Shown: positions 29,884 through 41,010, counted from the stretch's first letter. The stretch: 64,000 nt of DNA from Spirochaetia bacterium (GCA_963675665.1 OY776510.1:2944001-3008000), one strand, 5' to 3'. The notes: generated from the sequence alone by a model not told the origin. Translations and numbers: made by a program.

Positions 29884-31148
29884 CGGCCGTTGCGGCTGTT
29901 TTTTTTACAGTATTACTATCCTCCTGTAACGGCAGTCCCGGAGTTATTGTCCCTGATTTCAGCGAATACGACGGTCTTTATCCCGGGAATGTCGAGGTTT
30001 CCGCCGTCTATGGATTGAATTCAGCAAAGCTGCCTGTTTTCGAAGCGCTTGCAGAGGAATTCAGTAAAATAAATGAATGGGGAATAAAAGTAAATATCCG
30101 GCAGGCTGAAATCAGTTCAGCCGATATGGCAATTATATCACCGCCGGAAGCATCAAGACTGCTGAGAGAAGGGCAGAGCGAAGAACTTTCTCCGCTGCTG
30201 TCGCATCCTGTCTGGAAAATAGCCGACGGAAGGCGGGGGTTTTATTCCGCTGCAAGGAAGCAGACCGACTATTGGGACTTCAGCCTGAAAGTAACTTCAA
30301 TTCCGCTTTCAATGGATGCATGCATTCTGATTGTAAACGACGACCTTCTGAAAGAAGCAGGTTTTGAAAAAATACCGGGTAACTGGAAATTTATGCACTA
30401 TATGATGTATAAAATAAAAAAACTGACCGGCCGGCCTGCAATGGGCATGGAGTTTAACTCACAGTCGGTTGTTCCGTTTATTCATGCCCGCGGCGGGTCA
30501 ATCCGGAGCCCTGCAGGAATAACCTACAGCCTGATTAATCCCGTCGTAAACAGAACTCTCCGTTATATAAGACGACTCAATAAAAAGAATATGCTGTCTT
30601 CCAATAATTACAGATACAGTAATCAGACAGAATTTGCATTCGGCAAGTTGCCGATGGTTTTTACCGGCATCGACGGGTTGAAAGCTTACAGCGAACTTAT
30701 TTCAATGACCTCGCCCGAACTACAGTGGAGCGCCGCTCTTCTTCCGACAAGGCGTCCCGGCGGCGGTGTTACGGTAAACTGTACGCATACCGCCGCAGTA
30801 CTTAAAGGTCCTGTTGAAAAACGACTGGCTTCGTGGCTGTTTATCAGATGGCTTGCAGAACCAGAACAGCAGATAAAGATTTCTTCAATGACTTATTCCC
30901 TCCCTGCGGAAAAATCAGCGCTTCAAAAAATTATTGACGAAAAACCGGAGGCATTTGTTCCGCAGTGGCTGCAGGCAGCGTCGGCAATTAGTGATGCCCA
31001 TATGGAGTATATACCTGACCTTCCGGATTATGAAACAGTTTCGGAACGTTTTAATGAGCTTGTCAATCGCTATATCGGAAACGGCGGGTGGATCTGGCTG
31101 GATACCATCAGACTTGAATACGAGATTAAAAAAGGCGGAGAAAAATGA
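29865..31148 (+). CDS. Extracellular solute-binding lipoprotein
   Basis: Lipobox LLSSC; PLSMD..LIVNDDLLKEAG, FAFGK, ASWLFIRWL (SBP family 1-like). Confidence 0.75.
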   Translation: MRYNWLTAVAAVFFTVLLSSCNGSPGVIVPDFSEYDGLYPGNVEVSAVYGLNSAKLPVFEALAEEFSKINEWGIKVNIRQAEISSADMAIISPPEASRLLREGQSEELSPLLSHPVWKIADGRRGFYSAARKQTDYWDFSLKVTSIPLSMDACILIVNDDLLKEAGFEKIPGNWKFMHYMMYKIKKLTGRPAMGMEFNSQSVVPFIHARGGSIRSPAGITYSLINPVVNRTLRYIRRLNKKNMLSSNNYRYSNQTEFAFGKLPMVFTGIDGLKAYSELISMTSPELQWSAALLPTRRPGGGVTVNCTHTAAVLKGPVEKRLASWLFIRWLAEPEQQIKISSMTYSLPAEKSALQKIIDEKPEAFVPQWLQAASAISDAHMEYIPDLPDYETVSERFNELVNRYIGNGGWIWLDTIRLEYEIKKGGEK

Positions 31149-31480
31149 AGAAAACGATAATGGTTTCCAACACATGGCGGCCGGAGCAGAACTCGGTCTG
31201 CGCACACTGTGGAGCGGAAATTCAATATGCGTGGGGAGATTATTCATTCAGATATTATGAACAGAAAGACAAGTCGGATATTTGTGTAATATGTAAATCC
31301 TGCGCAGCATCATTGAAGAATAACGATAAAAAAATACGTGTAATAAATCGTTCTCCGCTGATGGATATGATTAATTTAAAGAATTCGGGCTGGAAATCGC
31401 AGCAAACACAGTCATTCGGCGGCAGCGGAGTCTCGCGTACTGAAGTCGATTCTTCTGATGAAAAAAAGGCTGATAAATGA
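31145..31480 (+). CDS. Hypothetical Cys-rich protein (CxxC...CxxCxxC)
   Basis: ATGA overlap with the upstream gene and a GGAG RBS; CAHC and CVICKSC motifs. Confidence 0.55.
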   Translation: MKKTIMVSNTWRPEQNSVCAHCGAEIQYAWGDYSFRYYEQKDKSDICVICKSCAASLKNNDKKIRVINRSPLMDMINLKNSGWKSQQTQSFGGSGVSRTEVDSSDEKKADK

Positions 31481-32689
31481 AATCAGCCCAAGGGCTGCAA
31501 AAACAGTCCTGTATGCGGCGCCTGTGGACATCGGCATGATATCGAGCAGCTTTCCGCTTAAAAGCGATATGCCTATGCTTGCAGGAAGCATGACAATCGG
31601 GGCTGTCGCGAAATAATCCGTAACATCGGTTCTGCCTGAAATGTGCTTGACAGCAGGCGCGTAAACAAGGCTTCGAATTGCACGGGATAAACCGAACAGA
31701 ACACTTGCAACAAGAAAATAAGGAAGCCCCGCGGCAAATATAAGAAGAATAATACCGGTTATGCTGCATATTCTTGCAAAGAAGCATTTCGTTTTTATAT
31801 TCAGCAGGTTAAATGTACCGAATGCAACATTTGCGGATATCTGTCCGGCATAGTTGAGGCCGACAAATACACCCGCGGCGGCGGCAGGTGAGATACCGAA
31901 ACATTCGACGGCATAATTGGCATAAAAAGAAATGACTGCAACCACTGCATACATTTCAAGATCGCTCAGCAGAAAAAGCAGAACATTTTTGTTTCTGACA
32001 ACCCTTTTAAGTGATTCGGCCGAGTAGCGAAAAAAGCCTGTGGAGGTCGAGTCTTTTTCGGTTAAGGTGTCCGGTTCCTTCGTAAGTAAAAAAGCAAAAG
32101 CCCCTGTAAAAAAGACTGATCCGCAGAAGATAAAAAGTTTTGAAGAGGTCAAAGCTGTAATCTCACGGTTTGTGAAATAACCTGCAATAAGAAAGCTGCT
32201 TAAAAGTCTTCCTATCGACTGAAAAGTCATCATGACAGAGAACGCAGGAAAAACCTGTTTCAGATTGAACAGCTTTACCAGGAAATTTTGCCAGACAGGC
32301 ATTGTAAGCCCGATTCCTGCATTAAACAGAATATAGGCAATAAAAAAAACAACTATTGTGGACGGCAGAAATGTTGCCGTAATTAAAAGATAAATTCCAA
32401 AAAATAAAACGGTAACAGCCGGAAACAGGTGATACACAATGACCAAAGTCCGTTTTCTTGAAATATTGCGCGACTGATAGGCGGATACAATTCCGAGAAA
32501 AGCCTGCCCGGCAAAAAGAAATGCCGGAATAAAGCCTATCAGAAAATTGGTGGCGCCGAGTTTTGCCAGAAAAAGCTGGAGAAATGTTGATTCAAAAACA
32601 AGAGGAAGTCCCAGTCCCCACAAAAACTCAACCAGTGAAATCCCGGCTGTATTCAGAAAAAAACGGCTGTTATCTTTATACTCTTCCAT
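31412..32689 (-). CDS. MFS transporter
   Basis: About 12 hydrophobic segments in two halves. Confidence 0.8.
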   Translation of the reverse strand: MEEYKDNSRFFLNTAGISLVEFLWGLGLPLVFESTFLQLFLAKLGATNFLIGFIPAFLFAGQAFLGIVSAYQSRNISRKRTLVIVYHLFPAVTVLFFGIYLLITATFLPSTIVVFFIAYILFNAGIGLTMPVWQNFLVKLFNLKQVFPAFSVMMTFQSIGRLLSSFLIAGYFTNREITALTSSKLFIFCGSVFFTGAFAFLLTKEPDTLTEKDSTSTGFFRYSAESLKRVVRNKNVLLFLLSDLEMYAVVAVISFYANYAVECFGISPAAAAGVFVGLNYAGQISANVAFGTFNLLNIKTKCFFARICSITGIILLIFAAGLPYFLVASVLFGLSRAIRSLVYAPAVKHISGRTDVTDYFATAPIVMLPASIGISLLSGKLLDIMPMSTGAAYRTVFAALGLISFISLFFIRRIDFSTRDSAAAE

Positions 32690-32740
32690 TAACCGCGATA
32701 TTATACTAAAGTACTTATTATTTTCAATACAGGATATCTG

Positions 32741-33433
32741 ATGAAATACAGGCTGCTGATTTTTGATCTGGATAATACGATTTTCGATTATAACCGTGCA
32801 GAAAACTTCGCGCTTGGAAAAACACTTTCGGCTTTCGGATGCAACCCGACCGAAGATTTGAAGGCTTCATACCGGGAAATAAACGAACAGACCTGGCAGC
32901 GTCTTGAAAAAGGTGAAATTACATCAGAAGAACTGAGAACAATCAGGTTTGAGAAATTTGCAGAAGCTCATAACCTCGACTGGGATGCGCAGCAGATAAG
33001 CAGAATCTACCTGGAGAACCTGGGTCTGGGCGGTTTTCTGATAGAAGGGGCTGATACTCTGCTATTCGAAATCAGAAATGATTTTATCATTGCGTCGGTG
33101 ACGAACGGAATATCTGATGTTCAGCGTGCAAGGCTGTCGAATTCAACATTGAACGGTTTTTTTAACCCGCTGATTATTTCGGATGAAGTCGGAGTTGCCA
33201 AACCCGATCCCGGTATTTTTAATATTCTTCTTGAAAAAGCCGGGTTTGACGACAGACGGTCTGTTCTGATGATTGGCGACAGCCTGACCTCTGATATAGC
33301 CGGCGCGGCCGCTGCCGGTATAGACAGCTGCTGGTATAATCCCGATGGTATTTCACCGGATCCTGAAATAACACCTGAATACATGGTGTCGGAACTTAAC
33401 GATGTTAAGGAAATTATCTACAGGGAGGAATAA
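32741..33433 (+). CDS. HAD hydrolase, YjjG-like nucleotidase
   Basis: FDLDNT, TNG, KPDP, IGDSLTSD. Confidence 0.9.
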   Translation: MKYRLLIFDLDNTIFDYNRAENFALGKTLSAFGCNPTEDLKASYREINEQTWQRLEKGEITSEELRTIRFEKFAEAHNLDWDAQQISRIYLENLGLGGFLIEGADTLLFEIRNDFIIASVTNGISDVQRARLSNSTLNGFFNPLIISDEVGVAKPDPGIFNILLEKAGFDDRRSVLMIGDSLTSDIAGAAAAGIDSCWYNPDGISPDPEITPEYMVSELNDVKEIIYREE

Positions 33434-33801
33434 TGGCTTATTCTGATGATTTTATAAGGCAACTGAGAAAAAGATCGGAAAAGAGTACAATAAAGGCATC
33501 AACTCTGCGGAGTATGCTTTTTAATAATCTTGAAGGAGTTCCCGAAGATCTTGGATGGGATATTTTTAATCTCTTTTTCCCGGATACAGGTGATGATTCA
33601 ATGCTGAATTCAGAGACAGCGGAACGGCTTGCTCTTGTGATAGATCTTTTTGTGGGCGAGTATGATGAGAATAATATAGAGCTTACAGATGAAGAGCTTG
33701 AATATATCAGTGACGGAGTAAATGATTATGCTCTTGAACTTACGGATGATATTCTGATGAATGTAATGAAAGCGGCGGTAGCCAGGGGATTGATGGGATA
33801 A
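33433..33801 (+). CDS. Hypothetical acidic protein
   Basis: TAATG overlaps on both sides and a GGAGG RBS. Confidence 0.75.
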   Translation: MAYSDDFIRQLRKRSEKSTIKASTLRSMLFNNLEGVPEDLGWDIFNLFFPDTGDDSMLNSETAERLALVIDLFVGEYDENNIELTDEELEYISDGVNDYALELTDDILMNVMKAAVARGLMG

Positions 33802-34379
33802 TGTATTTTAACGAAGAATTAAAACCCGGGATGCGGGGGTATATAAAGAATACCGCATGGACAGGATTTGTATACGGACTTGCAGCGCTGGTTTTCGGTG
33901 TGTTTGCAGTAATTACGCCTTCAGGAACGCTCAGCGTATTTGTCGGCGCAATCGGTTTTCTGGTGCTTGTACACGGTGCGGTACTTGCAGCGGCTTCTCT
34001 GCTCGGAATAAAACGTGACCCCCAGTGGTATATCGGTCTGGTTTCAGGCCTGCTTCAGCTTCTGCTCGGACTCTTCATTATTACCAGATCTGAAAATATC
34101 TCCAATACCGCCCTCATGCTTTCCACCGTGGGAATAGGTCTTGTCGGCATATTTACCGGAACCTTCAGTCTTATAAGCGCAATACGGTACAGGGATATTG
34201 TCAGCAATGTTTGGCCGCAGATCCTTCGCGGAGGACTTCTTTTTATTGTCGGTGTTTCCATGCTTCTTGCCCCGTTCGGTTTCGGTACCGCAATGGTCAG
34301 AACCGTCGGCGTTATGGCAGCCTTATTCGGGATATTCCAGTTGTGGACTTCCTTCAAACTTGTAAAAGAGCTTAACTGA
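33801..34379 (+). CDS. HdeD/DUF308-like membrane protein
   Basis: Six TM helices in repeated pairs. Confidence 0.72.
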   Translation: MYFNEELKPGMRGYIKNTAWTGFVYGLAALVFGVFAVITPSGTLSVFVGAIGFLVLVHGAVLAAASLLGIKRDPQWYIGLVSGLLQLLLGLFIITRSENISNTALMLSTVGIGLVGIFTGTFSLISAIRYRDIVSNVWPQILRGGLLFIVGVSMLLAPFGFGTAMVRTVGVMAALFGIFQLWTSFKLVKELN

Positions 34380-35014
34380 TGACAAATATAAAGGTAAAAA
34401 CATATTGTCTCGGAATGTGGCAGACAAATTCTTACCTGCTGACCGCAGAGGGCAAAGAAAACTGCTGGATTATCGACGCCGGGTTTGAGCCCGAACCGAT
34501 GATTGATGATTTAAAGACCGAAAAGCTGAAGCCGGAAATGCTGATCTATACTCATGCGCATCTTGATCATATCGCCGGAACAGCAGCAATCAAATCGGCT
34601 TTTCCCGGGATAAGAACTGCAATTTCGGAAACTGAAGCAACTTTTCTCGGGGATGCGTCCAGAAATCTTTCATCGTCGGCAGGAATGAATATAACGGTCG
34701 ACAATGCTGATGTCCTGCTTGCAGACGGGCAGGAACTTGTTTTTGAAGAACTTGTTTTCAGGGTGATTACAACTCCCGGGCACAGCCCCGGCGGAATTTG
34801 TCTGTATCAGGATGAAACAAAACTGCTCTTTTCAGGCGATACGCTTTTCCAGGGCTCTGTGGGTCGCTATGATTTTCCGACTTCAAGCGGAGAAGACCTG
34901 TTTCGTTCCATAAAGGAAAAACTGCTGATTTTACCCGATGATACAAATGCTTTCCCCGGGCACGGGGGCCCCACAACCATCGGGGCAGAAAAACGCAATA
35001 ATCCCTTTCTGTAA
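34379..35014 (+). CDS. MBL-fold hydrolase (glyoxalase II-like)
   Basis: THAHLDH, TPGHSPG, SGDTLF, PGHG. Confidence 0.92.
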   Translation: MTNIKVKTYCLGMWQTNSYLLTAEGKENCWIIDAGFEPEPMIDDLKTEKLKPEMLIYTHAHLDHIAGTAAIKSAFPGIRTAISETEATFLGDASRNLSSSAGMNITVDNADVLLADGQELVFEELVFRVITTPGHSPGGICLYQDETKLLFSGDTLFQGSVGRYDFPTSSGEDLFRSIKEKLLILPDDTNAFPGHGGPTTIGAEKRNNPFL

Positions 35015-35079
35015 AAAAAGCTGCACATGCATTAAAAATAAATGTTATATTTATACACATTAATAATTAACGGAGAATC

Positions 35080-36786
35080 GTGATGTCCAGAACCAAAGAT
35101 ATAAACAACCCCTGGATAAATCTTGAACCATGGAGAGGCAAAATTTTCAACGGTGAATTCCCGACTTTGCCCGAGCTTTTCGAGATTTCCAGAATCCGAT
35201 ACCCGGAACGAAGGTGTTTTACCTGCTATGATCCGGAACTGTTTTTTACCTACAGTGAAGCCTTTGAGAAAATTGAAAAAGTATCAAATTATCTGCTCGG
35301 CACATGTCTGAAAAAGGGCGATCGTGTAGGGCTTACAGGAAAAAACTCTCCTGAATGGGCCATCGCCTACCTGGCGATTTTAAGCGCAGGAGGAACAGTT
35401 GTTCCGGTAGATTATTCTCTTAAAAACGATGAAATTCTGAAACTGCTGGAATATGCTGAAATTAATATTTTATTCGTTGATGAAGAAAGGTTTGAAGATC
35501 TAAATCCCCCGTCATTCCGGGGAAAGCTCAGCAAATTCTCTTTATCGCCTGCAAAGCCGGGTTATATTCTTGATATTGATTTCAATGAAAAGATAGATCA
35601 TGAAAAACCTGCAGAAGACGATACCGCGGCAATTCTTTTTACTTCCGGCACCACCGGAGATCCGAAAGGCGCGATGCTGACCCATAAGAATTTCGTGTCC
35701 GATTGTTTTATGTTTCAGGGGAATATGAATATTTACGAGACCGATGTTTTTTATGCCCTGCTTCCGATACACCATTCTTATACAATGCTGGCCGTTTTCA
35801 TCGAAGCAATTTCTGTGGGCGCCGAACTGGTTTTTGCCAAGAAGGTTGTTGTCAAGCAGATTTTCAAGGACCTTAAAGAAGCGAAGGTTACGATGTTTCT
35901 CGGCATCCCGATGCTGTTCAACAAGATAATAAAAGGCCTGATGAACGGCATCAGGGAAAAGGGGATTGTTGTTTACGGACTAATCCGAGCAATGATGGGC
36001 TTCAGCGGGCTGGTTAAAAAAATCACCGGAGTAAACATCGGCAAGAAGCTTTTCAAGGGAATCCTTGCAAAGGTATCGCTTGATACCAACAGAATATGCA
36101 TATGCGGCGGAGGTCCGCTGCCGGCTGAAACATTCAAATATTTCAACCAGTTCGGCATAGATTTTGTGGTCGGTTACGGACTTACCGAGGCTGCTCCCGG
36201 TCTGACTCTTAATCCTATTTACGCCTATCGTGAAAATTCTATAGGAAAGATAATTCCGCTTGCTGAAATGAAGGTTCTTGACCCGGACGGAGACGGAACG
36301 GGCGAGCTTATCGCACGCGGACCTAACATCATGAAAGGTTATTACAAGAATGATGAAGCCACAAAAGCCGCGTTTACAGCTGACGGCTGGCTTCTGACCG
36401 GTGATTCGGGCTATATAGACGACGATAATTACGTTTATCTGACCGGCAGGAAAAAGAACATGATTGTGACCGAGGGCGGAAAGAATGTCTTTCCCGAGGA
36501 GATCGAAGATCATTTCCAGCTGTTTGATGAAATAGAGCAGATCCTTGTGCGGGGATATGTTCTTGATGAAAAAATGAAGACCGAAGGAATCGAGGCCGTT
36601 ATCTTTCCGTCTGATGATTTCTCAAAAAACAAATCTGAAGAAGAAGTAAAACAGCGGATGGATGAAATAATTTCACTCGTAAACAGAGAGCTTCTGCCTT
36701 ACAAGCGGATATCACGGATTTCCCTGAGATCAGATGAGATGGAAATGTCGTCGACAAAGAAGATAAAACGATTCAAGGTTGATTAA
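35080..36786 (+). CDS. Long-chain acyl-CoA synthetase (AMP-binding)
   Basis: FTSGTTGDPKG, GYGLTE, TGD, GRKKN. Confidence 0.9.
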   Translation: MMSRTKDINNPWINLEPWRGKIFNGEFPTLPELFEISRIRYPERRCFTCYDPELFFTYSEAFEKIEKVSNYLLGTCLKKGDRVGLTGKNSPEWAIAYLAILSAGGTVVPVDYSLKNDEILKLLEYAEINILFVDEERFEDLNPPSFRGKLSKFSLSPAKPGYILDIDFNEKIDHEKPAEDDTAAILFTSGTTGDPKGAMLTHKNFVSDCFMFQGNMNIYETDVFYALLPIHHSYTMLAVFIEAISVGAELVFAKKVVVKQIFKDLKEAKVTMFLGIPMLFNKIIKGLMNGIREKGIVVYGLIRAMMGFSGLVKKITGVNIGKKLFKGILAKVSLDTNRICICGGGPLPAETFKYFNQFGIDFVVGYGLTEAAPGLTLNPIYAYRENSIGKIIPLAEMKVLDPDGDGTGELIARGPNIMKGYYKNDEATKAAFTADGWLLTGDSGYIDDDNYVYLTGRKKNMIVTEGGKNVFPEEIEDHFQLFDEIEQILVRGYVLDEKMKTEGIEAVIFPSDDFSKNKSEEEVKQRMDEIISLVNRELLPYKRISRISLRSDEMEMSSTKKIKRFKVD

Positions 36787-37961
36787 TGATATTTTTAACC
36801 CGTCTTCCTGTTAAACTGATTACATTTCTTGCGATTGTTTTAATCTCTGTTTTTCAGGTAATCGGTGAAGCGGTCTATATAGACGATACGGGTTTTGTGC
36901 TCGAGCCTCCCGTAGGCTGGGAAGTGATGGACGTAACCGAATCACGCTGGACTTTCAACGACTTTACAGGCGACGCTTTTATGCAGATAAAGGTATATCC
37001 GGGCGGCGAATATTCTTCGGCGGAAGCGCTTTTTAACGGCGTAAGCGGCAGTATAAATGCGGAAGCCGAAGGCGATACATTTGACCTGTACGGCCGTGAG
37101 GCCGTATTTGCCGTAATTGAATTCAATTCAGCCGGTTTTGATTATTCCGGTTACGGACTCTTTACCGACGGGGAAGATTTCGATTTGACCATACTGTCTT
37201 TTGCTTCGGCTGAAAGCGCTTCCATGCTGAACGACTACATTCTGTCGGCCCTGGATTCTTTTGCGCTGTCGCCGGTGCTCATGAACAACCCCGGGCCTGT
37301 CAGCAGGTATTATCTTGAATCTTACGGCAGTCCTGAGCGGGTAGAGACGGCGACAGTATTTGAAAACGAGAAGATCAGCTGGAAGGTGAATGCGCATGAG
37401 ATAGAAGCATCACAGCTTCTGATTGAGAGGGAAGCGGCAATACTGGCCGACTTCAAGCCTGGAACAGCACCCGGCGACGAAGCTTGGGAACGTTACTACA
37501 GGATGATTTACCGCGACAGTTATTCCAGGCTTGATTATCCGGCGGAGCTTCTGAAAGAACGGCTTCTCCAAAATGACGACGGTTCAGGTAATTACTTTCC
37601 GCAGCGGCTTTTAAGCTGGGTGCAGGGTTTTGAATACCTCCGGACTGAAGGCTCTGATCTGATCAGCCCGCTTTCCGCCGCAGCTTTTGAAGAAGGCGAC
37701 TGCGACAGCCGGGCGCTTCTTTACATTATTCTTTTAAATCATTATGGTATTGATTCCGCGCTGATGGTGTCTTCTGTTTACAGCCACGCAATGGCGGCTG
37801 TAGATACTGACGGTCCCGGCGCAAGGATAAACGTAAACGGCAGCGGCTATCTTGTAGCGGAAACTACCGACGACGTTGACATCGGTATGATTGCCGCCGA
37901 CATGGCGGACCCGGCAAAATGGCTTGTAATACCGCTGATGGAGAAGGAACCATGGAATTAA
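36786..37961 (+). CDS. Exported protein with a C-terminal transglutaminase-like Cys-His domain
   Basis: N-terminal hydrophobic signal; GDCDSRALL...HAMAAV...AETT. Confidence 0.6.
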   Translation: MIFLTRLPVKLITFLAIVLISVFQVIGEAVYIDDTGFVLEPPVGWEVMDVTESRWTFNDFTGDAFMQIKVYPGGEYSSAEALFNGVSGSINAEAEGDTFDLYGREAVFAVIEFNSAGFDYSGYGLFTDGEDFDLTILSFASAESASMLNDYILSALDSFALSPVLMNNPGPVSRYYLESYGSPERVETATVFENEKISWKVNAHEIEASQLLIEREAAILADFKPGTAPGDEAWERYYRMIYRDSYSRLDYPAELLKERLLQNDDGSGNYFPQRLLSWVQGFEYLRTEGSDLISPLSAAAFEEGDCDSRALLYIILLNHYGIDSALMVSSVYSHAMAAVDTDGPGARINVNGSGYLVAETTDDVDIGMIAADMADPAKWLVIPLMEKEPWN

Positions 37962-38257
37962 AGGGATTTCAGAGAAGTTATCTTGTAAAGCTTGCTCATA
38001 ATATAAAACCATCCGTAATGCTTGGATCGAAAGGTCTCACCGAACAGCTTTCAAAGCAGACTGAAGTGATGCTTGAACAGCATGAACTTGTAAAAGTGAA
38101 ATTTATCGACTATAAAAAAAGCCGGCAGGAGCTTTCAGAACAACTGTGCAGGACGGTTGATGCTGAACTTGTCAGAATAATAGGCAATGTGGCTATACTT
38201 TACAGACATGCCCGTGAGCCCGTGCACAGAAATATCAGTCTTCCCGAAAAAAAATAA
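37952..38257 (+). CDS. yhbY: YhbY/CRM RNA-binding protein
   Basis: QRSYL..LAH.IKP.V.LG..GL, HELVKVK, IG...ILYR. Start at ATG 37952. Confidence 0.9.
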   Translation: MELKGFQRSYLVKLAHNIKPSVMLGSKGLTEQLSKQTEVMLEQHELVKVKFIDYKKSRQELSEQLCRTVDAELVRIIGNVAILYRHAREPVHRNISLPEKK

Positions 38258-38356
38258 ATTTTATATAAGAAAAAGAGCTAAAAACTTCACAAAAATAGTG
38301 AAAAAATATAAACTTATGGTATTCTTATAAGTACAATCATATAGAGGAGAAATCGT

Positions 38357-39274
38357 ATGAAAACAAAAAATTTGGTTTTAGTACTGATAATCGTATTGCT
38401 CAGTACGGCCTTTTTCGGATGTGACGCAATCAATGCGGCTTTGGACGGAGCATTTCTGAAGGCTACACAGGTAGATGTTGACACTCTGCCGACATTTTCC
38501 GGTGATACTCCGACAAGCGACGATGAGGTGATGATGGGATTCGGAGAAGGAATGTCTCTGATCATGAACGCCATGCCGATGTCACGCGTGCTGGGAGATG
38601 ATTACGAACCTGTAATGAAGGTTATGGATCTTATCGTTCCGGGCCTTGCCGAATCAAGAGCGGCCTCATCAAGGGCAGGCTCTGCTAATTACACAGTTTC
38701 GGTTACCGACGAGACCTTGGAAAGTGATTATGAAACAGGTGATTACCGTGATGACGGAGACCTGACAATCGTTAAAGCTGAAATATCAGCGCAGGCAGAT
38801 ACCGACAGCGTTCTTGATCCGACTGCAATTTCCGAAGTTTCAGCAAAGGTTGAAGGCGAGCTTGAATTGGTCATCGAGAACATTATTGATTATGATTATA
38901 ATGATGTGACTTATGCATATGACATTGTTTATTCAAAAATCAATGAATGTCAGCTGAATGCAAAAGGAAGCATCGAAGCAGATGCTACAATAGGTTCCGA
39001 CGGATATCCTGAAGAAGTCAATGCATATGTAGCAATAGATATTTCCCTTGGCTTTTCACTTTCATCAGATGACGCGCCCGCAGGAAAATACCTGTTCAAC
39101 TTCAACTATGTTGACAGCGCTACTGTAACCGAGTCTGATGTTACCGGTGGTGACGTAACAGGCGACGGCGAAGATTTTGTTATAACCATTGAAGTATACG
39201 GAAACAGCGGCTCTCTTGTCCGAAGTGTAACATACACTCAGGACGAACTGATGGACTTGGGAATGTCTATGTAA
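38357..39274 (+). CDS. Acidic lipoprotein, unknown function
   Basis: Spirochaete-type lipobox AFFGC; Asp/Glu-rich. Confidence 0.8.
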   Translation: MKTKNLVLVLIIVLLSTAFFGCDAINAALDGAFLKATQVDVDTLPTFSGDTPTSDDEVMMGFGEGMSLIMNAMPMSRVLGDDYEPVMKVMDLIVPGLAESRAASSRAGSANYTVSVTDETLESDYETGDYRDDGDLTIVKAEISAQADTDSVLDPTAISEVSAKVEGELELVIENIIDYDYNDVTYAYDIVYSKINECQLNAKGSIEADATIGSDGYPEEVNAYVAIDISLGFSLSSDDAPAGKYLFNFNYVDSATVTESDVTGGDVTGDGEDFVITIEVYGNSGSLVRSVTYTQDELMDLGMSM

Positions 39275-39290
39275 TCCGTTTTGTTTTAAA

Positions 39291-39322
39291 AAAAAAGCGC
39301 CCGGCATTCCCGGGCGTTTTTT
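39291..39322 (+). terminator. Intrinsic terminator
   Basis: AAAAAAGCGCCCGG-CATT-CCCGGGCGTTTTTT. Confidence 0.8.
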
Positions 39323-39484
39323 ATTCATAAACCTATTCTAAAAAGTATTACTGACCGTCGCATCTGACCGCCCTGTTTTTTTATTTTTGACTAAAATCAT
39401 TTGTTAAAATATTTTATTTGATTTTTTAATGATATGTGATAGATTTTATTTAAAGATAAAAAAATAATTATTAGGAGATAATTT

Positions 39485-40339
39485 ATGAAAAGAAAATCAA
39501 AATCGTTTTTACTTTTATCTGTCATTGCACTTTTAATTATCACGGCATTTTCCTGTAGTCTGTTCTCGGCTTTGCCCGATTACGCCGGCGAGGAAGTAAA
39601 AGTTGACAAGGACACCGGCTTTTTCAAGGAAGACATGACCTATAAAAGAGCATCACCACCATATACTTATGAGTATTCTTTCAAAGCAGACGGTACTTAT
39701 GAATATATCAGAATGTATTGGAACAGTACGGATGAGGAATGGGAACATAATTCCGGATTGAAAGGAACATATTCATGGGATCCGGATACATTGGTTCTGA
39801 ACAAGATATATACCAAGCTTTGGGACAATACTGCGCAAGAATATTTTGAACCTGCATCTTATCCTTATGAGGTTGAATATTTATCATATTTTACCACTAC
39901 AAATTACTACGGAGAATATGAGGTTTACAAGCAGGATGAAACCGATGAAACCGTTTGGACAGCGACTTATTCCTCTTCTTATGAAGACACAAGTAAGTAT
40001 TCGGAGACAGTGTCTTTTACGTATAATGAAGATGCAATGACCTTTTCATACACAGAATCGTCAACTGAAAGTTATGAAGGAGAATTTACCGACAAGGATG
40101 AATCTGAATCCAGCGGAACAATAATAAGCGTTTTCCCGGAAGATACAAAATTTAAAAGGGGCAACACTGTTACAGTAACGATGAGCGGAACATCAAAATC
40201 CAGGGATTGGGATCCGGTAGACGACTGGTACGATTGGTCGACCCCGTCGACGTATCAGGACTCCCAGACAATGCTTCACATGGGCGACTTTATAATTATG
40301 AATCCGACAACCGAATCAATGAGAACTCTTGAGTTTTAA
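39485..40339 (+). CDS. Acidic lipoprotein, unknown function
   Basis: Lipobox AFSC; FKADGTY..GTYSW beta-strand motif. Confidence 0.8.
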   Translation: MKRKSKSFLLLSVIALLIITAFSCSLFSALPDYAGEEVKVDKDTGFFKEDMTYKRASPPYTYEYSFKADGTYEYIRMYWNSTDEEWEHNSGLKGTYSWDPDTLVLNKIYTKLWDNTAQEYFEPASYPYEVEYLSYFTTTNYYGEYEVYKQDETDETVWTATYSSSYEDTSKYSETVSFTYNEDAMTFSYTESSTESYEGEFTDKDESESSGTIISVFPEDTKFKRGNTVTVTMSGTSKSRDWDPVDDWYDWSTPSTYQDSQTMLHMGDFIIMNPTTESMRTLEF

Positions 40340-40364
40340 GAAGTACTATTGAATTACGGATGAC

Positions 40365-40402
40365 AACGGGCTGTCCTGTTTTAACGGACAGCCCGTTTTT
40401 TT
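40365..40402 (+). terminator. Intrinsic terminator between convergent genes
   Basis: AACGGGCTGTCC-loop-GGACAGCCCGTT followed by a T-run. Confidence 0.8.
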
Positions 40403-40893
40403 TACTGTTCTTCGTATTTAAGCACCTCTTCGTTTACATATTCAAGACTTATGCCGACCTGGGCGAACATGCGTTCGGATTCTTCCCCGGCATGATATTT
40501 TTTTTCACACACAACACGGGTTATTCCGCAGTTGATTATAAGCATGGCGCAAGTCCGGCAGGGCGTCATCCGGCAGTAAAGGGTTGCGCCGTCTATGCTT
40601 ATTCCGCGTCTTGCCGCCTGGCAGATTGCATTCTGTTCGGCGTGCACCGTGCGTACACAGTGCTGGGTTATGGAGCCGTCTTCATGGAGCATCTTTTTCA
40701 TCTGGTGCCCGACATCGTCGCAATGCGGCAGCCCACGCGGAGAACCGACATAACCGGTAACCAGTATCTGCCGGTCTTTTGCAATAACGCAGCCGCTGCG
40801 GCCCCTGTCGCAGGTAGCCCTTTTCGAGATTGAGTTGGCCACCTCCATGAAATATTCATCCCAGCTGGGTCTGTTGTATTTTTCTTTCGACAT
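40402..40893 (-). CDS. dCMP deaminase family protein
   Basis: RPSWDEYFM, HAEQNA, PCRTC. Confidence 0.93.
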   Translation of the reverse strand: MSKEKYNRPSWDEYFMEVANSISKRATCDRGRSGCVIAKDRQILVTGYVGSPRGLPHCDDVGHQMKKMLHEDGSITQHCVRTVHAEQNAICQAARRGISIDGATLYCRMTPCRTCAMLIINCGITRVVCEKKYHAGEESERMFAQVGISLEYVNEEVLKYEEQ

Positions 40894-41010
40894 AGCATGC
40901 TCCGGTAGTTTTTAATAAAAACAGTATAACATCGACCTAAAAAAAAAGTAATTGCCAAATAATGTGATAAGTTTAATATTAATGATACAAACAGAAAAAG
41001 AGGTGAAATA